Positions 36,791 to 49,072 of a stretch of DNA of 64,000 nt are shown piece by piece (positions within the stretch are counted from its first letter, which is position 1; every line of letters begins with the position of its first letter). Source of the DNA: Phoronis australis (taxonomy: Eukaryota > Animalia > Phoronida); assembly GCA_002633005.1 (NCBI GenBank), contig NMRA01000162.1:427632-491631 (forward strand), written 5' to 3'. Under the pieces are notes generated by a model. It saw only the letters and a list, made by a program, of their open reading frames with translations. It searched no databases and had not been told where the DNA came from. The translations under genes and the position numbers were made by a program.

Positions 36791-38204
36791 TACAGTATCA
36801 ATGATTCGAAAAATGTATATGAATATGTAAACAAAGATTCCCCTAACATCTGACATGTCAGGTTTGTAACTAAATACTAAGAGTCTACTGAAAGTTAATT
36901 GATTTACTCAATCAATTCAAACAGAAAAAAAATAAAAAGCACAGCAATAATGTGCATACCTGCCGTACTTTGAAAATAGGCACAAATTAAAATATAGGGG
37001 TATATAGTACACTACACAAATGCTAATATTTCACTCAAAACAAATGTATTTGCAATAAACACCCTTTTAACCTAAAATTTTTAAGGAAGGAAACTGTCTA
37101 TGACCAATATTGTTCACTTACCAAGTGATATTTTAATTTCACGGCATTTGTAAACATGGGGTACGTACACTACAACAAGGGGTACATTGTACGTACACTA
37201 CATCGCTGTTTCTGCATCACATGGTAACCTAATGTTGTATGACCATTTATTTGTCTTTGATGATAATAAGCACCATGTTGTTATTTAAAAGGCAATAATT
37301 TCATTTGCAATAACCATTTGTGTTACTGAACTCCACATGGGGGTACGTACACTACATTTTGTTAGCCTTTTTGGCACAGTTTCAACATAGCAGAACCCAG
37401 TCAATATCCAAACTTTTGGATAATTTGCTGTGTTGCCTAGGCTAACATATTCTGCAGTTCTTTTTATTACAGAGTGTGAACTTTGGTTTTGTTTTTAACC
37501 TTCTTTACAGTAGGTGAGAGTTAGAAACACAGAATTTACAAATTTCGTAACGAGTGCCTGTTTTATGATGAACCCTACCATTTCTCAATGATTAAGCACA
37601 ACTTCATCTAATTGTTTCTGAAAGTGACTCAAGTTATTCCCAGTCATATCTAAGCTATTGCTTACTTGATAAAATATATTTTTTCTACTCTTGACAGTTG
37701 AAAATTGTTATTTTTAAAATGTCCACTCGTAATGCTACAAATGCATGAAATTCATACACAAAAACATGCATTAATTTCTCAAACATTGTCCGATGTTTAT
37801 AAATTAATTCTTTTTTTAATTTGCACAACTAAGTAACTCTTTGCATATGAGATTCAGTTGGCACTTTGTAAGTAACCAATTTATTCAACACTGTAACACA
37901 GTCAACTCTCGAATATGGACTTTGATTGTGATTTAGCCGTAAGTGTCTTAAGTTAAACATTTTGAGGGATTACATGCTGCTTGAACATTGCCGAAGCTGT
38001 AATCGTGTTCTACAAAAATAACCCAGTGTGTTATGATACAAATATTCTATATCAAGGCGTTGTTGCAAACATGTTATTGTGTTATTGCCAACTAACTGTT
38101 ATGTTGAGACGTCTTCATTTATTTAAGATTTCTGATTTGGCAGATTGGAATGTTATGAAACTCTACGGTTGCCCGTTAGTAGACCTGTTCATTCAAAAGT
38201 AGAT

Positions 38205-38511
38205 GTTCTCGATTTTTAGAAATACATATATGAATTATTAAGTGCACGTTTTCAGGTGCATTAGACGACCAGTGCTGCAAAAACGGAGACCCTAACAACA
38301 ATGTCCTGGCCAGGGCCCTCAAAGTGTAACCATGCACTGATACTGAGTTGACAAATGTTCTCTTGAATTATCTGTCATATCCGAATTCGCAGTCTTATCT
38401 CGACTGTTCGCGGCCCCACGCCTATATGTCTGTTGTCACGGTTTAACTATGACGCCTACAATTTTTTTTGGAGGGGGGCGTTGCCCCCGCCCACCGCTTC
38501 CTACTGCCCTG
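38205..38511 (+). mobile_element. Solo right end of the 'R' element
   Basis: Matches 8948-9263 and ends in ccgcttcctactgccctg. Confidence 0.7.
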
Positions 38512-39980
38512 TTTAATGACGTTCGACGTCCAATAAAATTACTGTGTGATTGAAAATGGGTAAAATACGTAAACTATTATTCACTTATAATCGAATGAGA
38601 ATGAAAATGTGTGTTTTAATCAATGTTAATATGGATTTACTTTCATTCTCTTGAAGCTCCTTTCAAAAGCCATCGTGGTTTTGTTTCATGTTTGAGTTCT
38701 TAATAAGGCAAATTACCGTTCCTCACAACATTTCACAACTCCATGGACTACATAATTTTAGTGATTGTACCTGGGGCTTCAGGGGAGAGTTGTCCTCAGG
38801 TGCCAGTAAAATGGTACAAGGGAGGGGTGCAAACCAGGTGGGCGCCAAATGGGAATTGACCCCCTCCCAGGGGCGTACATCGGAGGAGTGCTAAACAGGT
38901 AAAAAACACTGGTTCATGCCACATGAGTGTTGAGCCCCATCGTCACAAATTTTGGTTATTCTCCTGACCATTGACAACATATGCTGATGTGGTGATGAGA
39001 TTTGACACTCGTTTTGAGCATGACCTCAAGGACTTCTGCTTATAATGACTTGTGGTCATCATGGCCCAGTACAATCCTGGATGTGTTCCCTATTGAATAC
39101 GCCTGGCTACTACCAGTGCAGACAATTGGTTTGTGCAGTAGATGTAACGCAAGTAAGAAGAAAACACCAAGACAATTCATCACTACCACAACACTGTATT
39201 CCGTTGCGATGCTCCCTCACATATAATTTCAGTAGACGCATATTGACAAAAAAGTATCTGCAAAAAGCAGAGCGTAACCTGTGCAGTAGAATACACTGCA
39301 GACGACAGCGGCCCCGGAACTGCGATCGACACGTCTTCCAACCGTGAACAGAAAACACAAAATGGAAGACAGTGTATCGTATTAATGAATAACAACTAAT
39401 CCTTACACTTCTGGATCCTTAGGAAGCTTAAAAATGACACTTGTGCATTTTAGTGGACGAATTAGTGCAATTTATCGCACTGTACAAAATGCTCCCTTCC
39501 CCATTGTTCTCACGCTTCCTACATGCCCGTTGCTGATTCGCCACTTGGTGGCACTACTAGTGGCGATAACAGCGAACGCACGAGTGAACTCTTTTGTGCT
39601 ACACTCCTTTATTCCCACTTTAACAACTGGGCTGGGTACTTATTTTCTTACGAATGTTATACATGTACCTATAACTATTTGAATTAATTGTACTTGTCAC
39701 TGTAATGATAAATGAATACAATAGAATATACCAACATAATATTTTTAGCAATAAAAATACGTAAATTGTGTACCAACAAGTACATGACTTTGTTGTTATC
39801 GATTCATGTAGGGCTACCGTTACGCCTCCAGTAGAGCAAATCAATAATTGACGAACGCGGCTGGAATGCTTTTCAAAATACAAGACAATTAAGGAAATGT
39901 TTATCAGGCGTCAGGAACACGAATCAGGCATACGAAAATGGCACAGCGCGTTTTCACTGAATTGCTTATTATTAAGGCAT

Positions 39981-42900
39981 TAGGCGGTAGGCCAGCTCTA
40001 ATAGCATTCATTGTTGTGAGTACTTTGGGGGGAAGGCAACCTATTTTTTCTATGTGGCTATATAATACATCTATAAATCAAATTTCATAAATTTCCCACG
40101 TATACACTTGCATATTTGTTTTAAAAAAGGGTGTTTTTGTTGCAAGAAGTATTCTGCACATTGCTGCCACTTGGTGCCGCTTTTCTATTAAATTGACCAA
40201 TCAGAGAGTCAGATTGTATTGTTGTGCTTAGTAACTTCAATAAGGTAGCTCCAATGGAGTGTGATGCCTGTATAATGCAAGGTTTATCAAACAGCACTAA
40301 ATTGTGATATCAGAATTTGAAGAAGCCTAGGGAAGCATCTTGACGAAAGCTGATGGACTGTGGAAATCTGTGGATCAGTGTTGATCGAAAAGAAGAAGAA
40401 GAAGGTGGCACAAACGTTTGTGCAGAAAACAGCTGCATGTCCTGCTGTACTGCTGTAGAAGACCACGTGTCAGATCAAAAGCTGAAAGGACATAGAAACG
40501 CATAGCAGCATTTCAAGACACCAGCAGCAGTACTAAGCTGAAGCTGTTGAAAGTGATATAGATGTTACCCAAAATTTCCCAAGAAAATCTATTAGATTTC
40601 CAAAATCTGAAATACCAAATTAATCTGGAACATTCTGACACAAGATGAGTGCATCATTTGTGAGCACGAAAGGTATATTATGGACCACATTTCAACAAAG
40701 AGAAAGAAGTAACGAATTTTTAGCTTTGAAAAACAGGCATGTGTTTTTGAAAGTGTGATCACCAGTTGTTTATTTAACTTGTTCAGCTCCTTGGCTGCCC
40801 AGGCCTTAGACAAATTACCGCTGACCCCAGTAGAGACAGTGATCATACCATAGGTCCTCCATCTGCCGGATGCTTTTCGGCAAATTGTGCATCACACTGA
40901 TTAAATCATCAGTCAAGTTGCTATAAGTTTAGAAGTACCTTTTGCGCGTACATGTAGATGGGTGCCTTAGGAGGCTGTCAATGTTTTTATTTGTTCTCAG
41001 CTTAAACAAATACTTCTGCAATCCCGTTTTTCGAACACTCCTTCGTTCAGGTGCCCACATGAACATTGCTTGCGCCAAGCGATAATCATATGGCGTTGTA
41101 CTGTGGGTGTGATTTTAAGCACATTAAGTCAAAATTTTTTGAGAAGTTAGATGGTTGCAATTAACATGCCCAAGTGGCCCTCATCCCCCGCCGTAATCCT
41201 GGGACAGGGGGAACCTCGTCTCAATTTTTCATAAACATTAATTACTTAGGTAATTAATTTAAAGTGCCTAATTGGCCAGTGTCCCCGTCGTAATTTGAGG
41301 ACAGGGAAATCCCTTTCCATTTCGTCAAACATTGATTTCCTTAAGTGTAAATTGATTGACTATGGCATTAGCATCTGATTAAAAAAAAATAAATTTCAAT
41401 TGCTGCACTGGTATATCAGCTGACTTATTTTCAGTCGCATCAACTAATCTAATTATTAGACGGTCAACATTATTAGGCTACAGATCAGACGGCATGTAAA
41501 TTTGTTAAGCTGGTGGTGGATCAGTTCCTGATAAGTCCGTCTGAAAAGTTTGCATGCTTACCCACTCTTAGTTAAATGTTAAATTAGTGTTAACAGTTCA
41601 CCTTTTTTCAGTTGGACTAGTATTGCATGCAATGGTTCAGTCCAGAGCCTTGAATATGCAAATGAAGTTCGAAGATAAAGACCTTGTGGCTTAAGAAGCC
41701 AAGTACCACAGATCATCATGATATAAAAATAGGAAGACAAAGATTGTGAAGGAACACGAATCCACAGTTTCAGAGATGTTTTTCTATAGTTTTGTTTGGA
41801 GTTCATTAAATCAATGCTACTAACACATGAATATGTCATTTGCCTTTCAAAAGGAAAGCAAGACTTTGAAGCAGTTCTTCAGAAAGCTGGTGTGCATGAA
41901 TTTATTTCAACAGGCAATCTTAAGAAACGACTGTTGAAGCTACTCAATGTTGGAGTTTGTGCCCTACTAATAGAGACGAAAGTGAATTGAGGCTAGTGTT
42001 TAATAATTCACTTGCTGACACTAATTAATACAGCCCATTATGTTTTGAATCAAACATTTGCCCAAATCCTGCCTGCCTCCAAACAAGGGCTTAGTCTTTG
42101 ACTCTTCATTGCATGACAGTACCCTGTCAAATGTGCCATAGTTCGCTCTTTGACGGTGGAGCTTCGCAATAAAAATGTATGGCAATGCCCGCAGCTCCAA
42201 TGGCAGTACTAAACGATGTACGCTGCAAGTGCAAAATGAACATGTGTACTGGGAAACTGAGTTTGTTCTGAAATGCTGGATCAAACTGTACAGAAATGTG
42301 CAGTTGTGACAACTGTAGTAACATCAGCAACATTGACTGCATAACATTGGATAGTTCTTTGACAAGTTAACCGTAAATAGACTGCCAACTTCTCCAACCC
42401 CGTTATTTCGTTTTTTTTTGTATTAAAATGTGAATTTTATTTGTTGATTTTGTCATAGAAAGTACATACTTTGATCATTGTCAAGTGTTTGTCACATGCT
42501 GCTTGCTAAAAGCTGTCAGGATAACCTACTATTTTCTTTTATACAGTCTGTGTGCACATTCACAGAGATCAGTCAACGATATTGTTTTCGTATAAAGTAT
42601 TTCTGGTGTATTATGCAAACAAGCTATATTTTACACCATTAGTCAATGGTTCAGTCATTGAGGCACAAGTGTTCTGTGTTATTTGTGTTGCCAGACAATG
42701 CCAGAATAACCTCTTAGTAACATTCAGACTTAGTTCGCATGTCTGCCACTAGGTGTCATTTTACATTTTTTAAATTTCACTGTTTACAATTAGTCTACAA
42801 TAGTGAAACACGTGTTGTGAGTGTATTATTGTTCAATACAATGGGATTGATGAGACCATATTAGTTGTTTTACAAAAAATAGCAAAACTGTTGTCCTTAC

Positions 42901-43114
42901 AAAATTAATATAAGTTCTCTAAGCTCTTTGGTGATTATTATGTAACTTCAAACTCAAATTTCTCAAAAATGTGCAACTTTTTATGTGGAAACTTTTTAGA
43001 TTTTGAAAACACTCTAGTAAATGAATTAGAATGCACGAAAAATAAAATTGCTCCCCCGAAAGTACTCACAAAACTCATTTTCTAGAAGCCGTACAAATCC
43101 TGGCCCACCGCCTA
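39981..43114 (+). mobile_element. Academ family C, heavily decayed
   Basis: TAG...CTA termini taggcggtaggccag / ctggcccaccgccta, plus subterminal inverted ttgtgagtacttt(c/g)ggggg. Flanks CAT/TAT. 42060-42325 encodes LPPN and PAAPMAVLNDVRCKCKMNMCTGK...CTEMCSCDNCSN (Cys8 remnant). Confidence 0.75.
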
Positions 43115-43553
43115 TATATTGATCCCTACATCGGCGGGTCCAGTGCAGTTTAGTAATTATGTCTAGACGACTTGGAAGAATAGTTTCTTGACCTATTTGT
43201 GTTTCCTTATTTATACATGTAATGTGATCAAAACAGAAACCATAGGTGGTAAAACCAAGCCGGAAGGCACATTAAAGAATGCGCTTCGGCGTGACAACGG
43301 CAGGTGCACTGGATTGTTTGCAGAGATGGCAACATAACTTCTATGTGTCCCATATAGCATATCTTCTTCGTTAAGATATTGCAAAAAATCTTCCAAAAGT
43401 CGGCATTTCAAAAATTTAGGTGTAGACAGCGGTGCAAACAAAAAAATTGTCCACTGTCAGCCTCACATCGCACTGATTTGAATTTCAAAAAAATCTGATC
43501 CTTTAATACAATCAGAACCGAAAACAATCGTAACATATATCCAGTGTGGAAGG

Positions 43554-44000
43554 NNNNNNNNNNNNNNNNNNNNNNNNNNNNNNNNNNNNNNNNNNNNNNN
43601 NNNNNNNNNNNNNNNNNNNNNNNNNNNNNNNNNNNNNNNNNNNNNNNNNNNNNNNNNNNNNNNNNNNNNNNNNNNNNNNNNNNNNNNNNNNNNNNNNNNN
43701 NNNNNNNNNNNNNNNNNNNNNNNNNNNNNNNNNNNNNNNNNNNNNNNNNNNNNNNNNNNNNNNNNNNNNNNNNNNNNNNNNNNNNNNNNNNNNNNNNNNN
43801 NNNNNNNNNNNNNNNNNNNNNNNNNNNNNNNNNNNNNNNNNNNNNNNNNNNNNNNNNNNNNNNNNNNNNNNNNNNNNNNNNNNNNNNNNNNNNNNNNNNN
43901 NNNNNNNNNNNNNNNNNNNNNNNNNNNNNNNNNNNNNNNNNNNNNNNNNNNNNNNNNNNNNNNNNNNNNNNNNNNNNNNNNNNNNNNNNNNNNNNNNNNN
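43554..44000. other. Assembly gap (447 N) immediately before duplicated block B
   Basis: Run of N. Other gaps at 12809-12846, 56275-56541 and 59007-59034 abut poly-G tracts. Single-N joins at 10499, 12628, 13171 and 55192. Confidence 0.99.
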
Positions 44001-44300
44001 GGCCAAGTGACCATGACCGTGTAGAATTCCCCCACATTCCATTTGGCAGTTTGGGGGTGATAATTTCTGACAGTTAATACTGGCTAATACTCTGCCGTAC
44101 CCCCCACTCAAAATACTGAATCCGTCCCTGAGACAATCCCTCTGGGATGAAGCCATCAAGAGTTGAGTGACCGTGAACCAATAGGGAGAGTAAGATTGGG
44201 CCCAGGTCCAGCACAGTGACCGGTAGCGAAGAGCTGCCTCGAGTAGCTATATCCGAGGTCTAACATTGTGAAAATACGAAATTCCCGATGAACTAAAGCT

Positions 44301-47205
44301 CACCCCAGCCAACCCGCGATCGAGAACGCCCGGAAGGCGATCGAGAACGATACATTACACCAAAAAATGGCAGACGACAGTGAAGTACCCGGTGAGTTTA
44401 AAGGTCATTTTTTTCTTAAATAGAGGCTACTTTGGTACCAATTCGACACACCGAAAAGCTTCAGAGCTTAGCCTTTGTTGTGGATCTGAAATAATACTTG
44501 GCTTTTGCTATTTTTTGAAACGGAGACCGCAGAATGCAATTTCTATATGTTATCAGCAATTCTTGGGTTCTTCAGTAGAGACGTGTGACGTTTATAGTTA
44601 AATCGTCCCTGGTGACACCTTTGTTAGTTATAATTGTGAAGCAATTCGAGATATCTAGTGATACAAGCAGTCCTTGTTTGAGACAGTGATCGGGAACAAA
44701 GCTCTTAATTCTCCATGGCGATCGTGAATGCAAAAATGCAATCGTGAACGCACATTTTTTCTCTGCATTTTGCTGAATAATCGTTCAAGTTACGGTGTTA
44801 TATCATTAATTTTAGAATAATAGGACCATGAATTAGTTGACGGGTGGATTGTTTGTTATACTTTCACCGTTTTTCATGATTTCTGTGTGAGATTTATCCT
44901 CACAAATATGATTATATGCGTTTGATTTCCCAGTTGAACTGTAGCCACACGAGGAGTCCTTCAGAGTGTTCACGTACACGCCTGCAAAAAGGGTAGCATA
45001 ACTGCTGCATGTGACAAAGGGCTCTGTATGCATATATTTTTGGAGCTTCGTTCAGGAAGGAACCTTTTTTTGTATAACTCCATGACAATAAAACAGAGTG
45101 ACACTTAGCCGCAAGCAAGACCTTTACCAGCCCCTTGGTTGACGTGTTGCATAGGGTAAGATTTTTTACAGACATAAAAAAAACACAATTTAAAGCATAG
45201 GGCTCAGGAACCAAGTTGATTCAGTGTCCTTTCTGCGATCGATGTTTCACGGAAAGAGTATGCCTGAGGACACTCTTTGTTGTTGTGAATGTGTCATGCA
45301 AAGAGTATGCCTACTTCTACAGGCGTGAGAACCAGAATCGCCTTGAATAAAATCAATAAGTCCAGTAGTGAAAGTTGTTAAGTCACTAAACTTTATTCAG
45401 ATTTACAGAGTTTGTGCTTGGTGGTTGTCTGATGTGATAGTATTTGGACGTTTTTAACATTTTTCCTATTTGTGTTATTTCAACAGCACCTTTAGCAAAA
45501 CCAGTGCACTTTTGTAGTGTTTAGGGAGATTTAAATGACCACACTGTGTGTCATTGGGTGATACTTACACACAATTGTTATGACCAATTACTGTTTCAAA
45601 AGAAAACTATATGTCTGCCACAACTGTAGAAATTGTTTTCATATTGTTGTTGATTCCCTGTGAGGGAATTTTATACTATGAACCGGTCCGAAATAGGTTA
45701 TCTGATTCAATGATGATTTAGTCTAATACATTCCAAAATAATTCGCAGGAAATGTACACTGGATTTGCAATGTTGCTTTCTTTAAAGCAATATTTTATAC
45801 CTGATATGACCAATTTTTAGGTATGTGTGATAAAAGACTAACAATATTATAGAATTGCTTTAATATTATCCTGTGTAATCACTACACTGTGTCTTGAAGT
45901 GATGTCAAAGACAACATTTTAACTACCTTTTTGAGAATATCACAATATAGTAGGTATATTATAACTCGTCTCACTCTTTTTCAATGTCACATAAACTGGA
46001 GATCATGATCTGAAGATGCACTCAGGCCAAGACTACAAAACAAAAGAGTCAAACAAAAGCTACCATATGTTGTATATCTAAGCCACACCAGTCATTCTGT
46101 TCATTTCTGTATCAATAATATCAGTAAAACAACGACCTGTTTTATCAGCAAAACAGTTTACACCATTTCTGGCAATTTTTAAGTCCCAGTTCATGAGCGG
46201 TAACCTTTGAATCACCTCACGAATGGTGTTGTCGCACTCTTTTCGCTCCCCACAGGCACGCTCATCATCACTCTTTGACTTCACTGGCGTATTTGTTTTT
46301 TCCTTTTGCTGTGTCACAATCTTGTAAGAAGATTCGACACTGGCTTTCATCTGCATCAACAGCTTAGAACCCCTTGTTCCCCTTGGTTTCGCCTAAAAGT
46401 ATATGTCTGTATTTCAAAACCGTGGTAGGGTGTACTTTCACGCCCTGATTAACCTATTTGTTGAAGCTCGCCTCGCAATAATAACAGTAAACTTGTTTCC
46501 TGAAATGAAAATAAATTCCTTGGTGAAAATATCTATAATTAAAATAGTGCTTGATGTACATGTAGTCGCTCATAGTGATTTAATGGTAATGCTATGATGC
46601 TGTTTAGTTTTGATACGAAAATAGCAGAGTAATGGCGCAAAATGTGATTAATCCATTGCACCATCCTTACTTTGTAACCCTTTTCACGTTTTATAACTAA
46701 AAAGTTCATAACTGTTCGGCACACTACGATGCGTTCTCGATCGCATAAACAAACAAAAATTTGCGTTTCCGATCGCTTATCTTTGCGTTCTTGATCGCAT
46801 CATTCAACGGAAAAGTGTCGAAAAATCAGGGATCCTGACAAAACTACAAAAAACAAGCTTTATGTTATATTTTCACCAGTCATTTCTTGATAACTTCATA
46901 GTCAATTTATTGATTTAGTGCCAAAAATAACCTCAATTTACCAAAATGACATACAAATCACCTTTGACTCAAGCGATGCCTCGTTCAACGTAACTTTTCT
47001 CCAATAATTGGAATAGGCACCAGGCTAAGCCACTACCTACCCTTCCTCAATGTGTTACACCTTGAACTCATGTCTCTGTTTTCACATTGGAAGCAAAAAC
47101 TACATAACTTTATCAAATTTACTCACCTTGCCTGGCATCGCTTCTCGTAACAAATTTCGTTCTCGATCGCCTTCCGGTCGTTCTCGATCGCGGTTGGCCG
47201 GGGTG
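44301..47205. mobile_element. 2.9 kb non-autonomous DNA transposon with CAC...GTG termini, ~50-bp TIRs and a 5-bp TSD (Transib/RAG-like)
   Basis: Left caccccagccaacccgcgatcgagaacgcccggaaggcgatcgagaacga; right rc caccccggccaaccgcgatcgagaacgaccggaaggcgatcgagaacga. Flanks AAGCT (44296-44300) and AAGCC (47206-47210; AAGCT in copy A). Empty sites with a single AAGTT at 13370-13374 and 59461-59465. Confidence 0.85.
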
Positions 47206-48171
47206 AAGCCAGTTGCTTGTCAACTCAGCTGTGGTTCACTTGAGACAGGCAGCTCGTAGCGGTCGTCTACGCTCGCTCTAAGGTCAAGATTCGTTTTATT
47301 GTGATCCAGTGTCGGGAAAACTTTATTTTATTATGGTCATTCTTTGAGGGAGTTTTGAAAATGTGAGGTCAGGAAGCCCCTAGCATAGGGCCCTTGGGGC
47401 TGTTTCAAAGTGCCTAGTTGAATCACTACCGGTAGTCCAGACTCTGGTGGCTTGGGAGACGGATTGTGTGTCCCAAAAATGTACACAATTCATGAACGTA
47501 AAGAGTTCAAATTCAGTTCCCGTGGATCACTGAGATTCTGCGTGCCGGGCCTACTGCAGGGTTACATCTTATTTTTAACATTTTTAACATGGGTACATGT
47601 ACGTCAGTCATGACATGCACGCAAATCAGGACAAGCAATCAATTCAGTTTTGAAGAACAAAAAATCATTGCTCAATACTACTGGAAACTAAAATCATCAA
47701 GGAAGTGCAAAGACAACCTTTCCAAGCAACGAGTTTAATTTTATTTATTTGGGGATTTTTAAAACGCTTTTTCTGTCTACGGTTTGTGAATCCGAATTTC
47801 ATCAATATCTTTGAGAGTTATTTTAGATGTGCAAAAATCGTCTATACATGTAAGTGCACTTTACTGTTTGGGGATCGGATCATAGAAGTTTTTTAATTTC
47901 AGGTTGTAATTAAATTCACTTAAACATCATCAATTCTTACAAGATTAGCTTCAAATTGTCAAAAATCATTTATGAATCAATCGATTTTTGTAGATACATA
48001 AACAAATAAATCAGAAACAAACGAATTTGTTTATCAAAACAGAATGTTATAGGCAATTTCCGCATGCTTGCTTGCAAAGACTTTCGACGGGTAACCTGGG
48101 GAATATGGGAGACGGGGCACTCGTATTAAGGTGTATTTTTGCTCAATTCAGAGATACCTATAACAGTTCAT

Positions 48172-48535
48172 TCGTTACTAGTGGAAAGAGGTTGCCACAC
48201 AAATATTCCCTATGAAAACAGGTTGTGTGAATTATGTAATTCTGGGTGTGTAGAGGAGGAATACCACTTTGTGTTAGTTTGTAGTGCGTACCAAGTCCTT
48301 CGGGTTTAGTACTAGATTAAGTGATCGTTTTTGTCATTCTCCCACGACATCTAAATTTGATTCTCTCATGAGAACTCCAGATAGCCTACTTATTAAATTC
48401 GTCCATCACGCTCTCAAGCGTCATAATGTATTATCCAGTTTGAAACGTGGCACCAAACAATGTTCTGTCTTGTACATTGTACATGATATACTTGGGGCCT
48501 ATGGCAATGTGTATATGTCTCAATAAATCAATCTA
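48172..48535 (+). mobile_element. LINE 3' fragment, duplicate of 3222-3580
   Basis: Same sequence, with TSD tataacagttcat at 48159-48171 and 48536-48548. Confidence 0.85.
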
Positions 48536-49072
48536 TATAACAGTTCATGAGGTAAACTTGAACTCCACTAATAAAAAAGCGCTGAAATCTTTGTTTATGA
48601 TTGCGGGAGTTCTTTGAGTACCCTCTTTCGACATGTACACGGTCATCATAAATACATGTAGTTGCCTATTGTTTTACACATGTGGGAATTTCTTACAAGT
48701 AACTCATGGTTAGCATCTTTACAAGAGAAAATATTCTTGTGATACTAAGGGAATCATTAACAATTATTTTATAACTAACCATCGGAAAAAGTCCTCTTGT
48801 GCAATTCACAAATAGTGGGTTTCACGTCCTCCAAAATTCCAATCCTACTGTATTTTTTCACATTTTCGGTTGTTTGGGTCAAATGGCTGTGCTGTGCACG
48901 AACGTTGTGTGTTTTTTGATGAATTTGGAAGCTCAACCTCCATATTGAATAGTTGACAGTGTCGTATTTACATGTATAGTTAACAAAGTTACATTTTCCA
49001 GCGAACTGCTCCACCGAGTGAGGGTTCCGTCTGAAATGGAACACCTTAAGATGAAAAATTAAACATCTTTAA

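Noticed and set aside
38920-39370. Coding-looking segment with several overlapping short ORFs
   Set aside because: No consistent frame or identifiable domain.
43408-44159. Long ORFs in several frames
   Set aside because: They are runs of X across the N gap. The same applies to ORFs at 12675-13010, 56034-56624 and 58885-59200.
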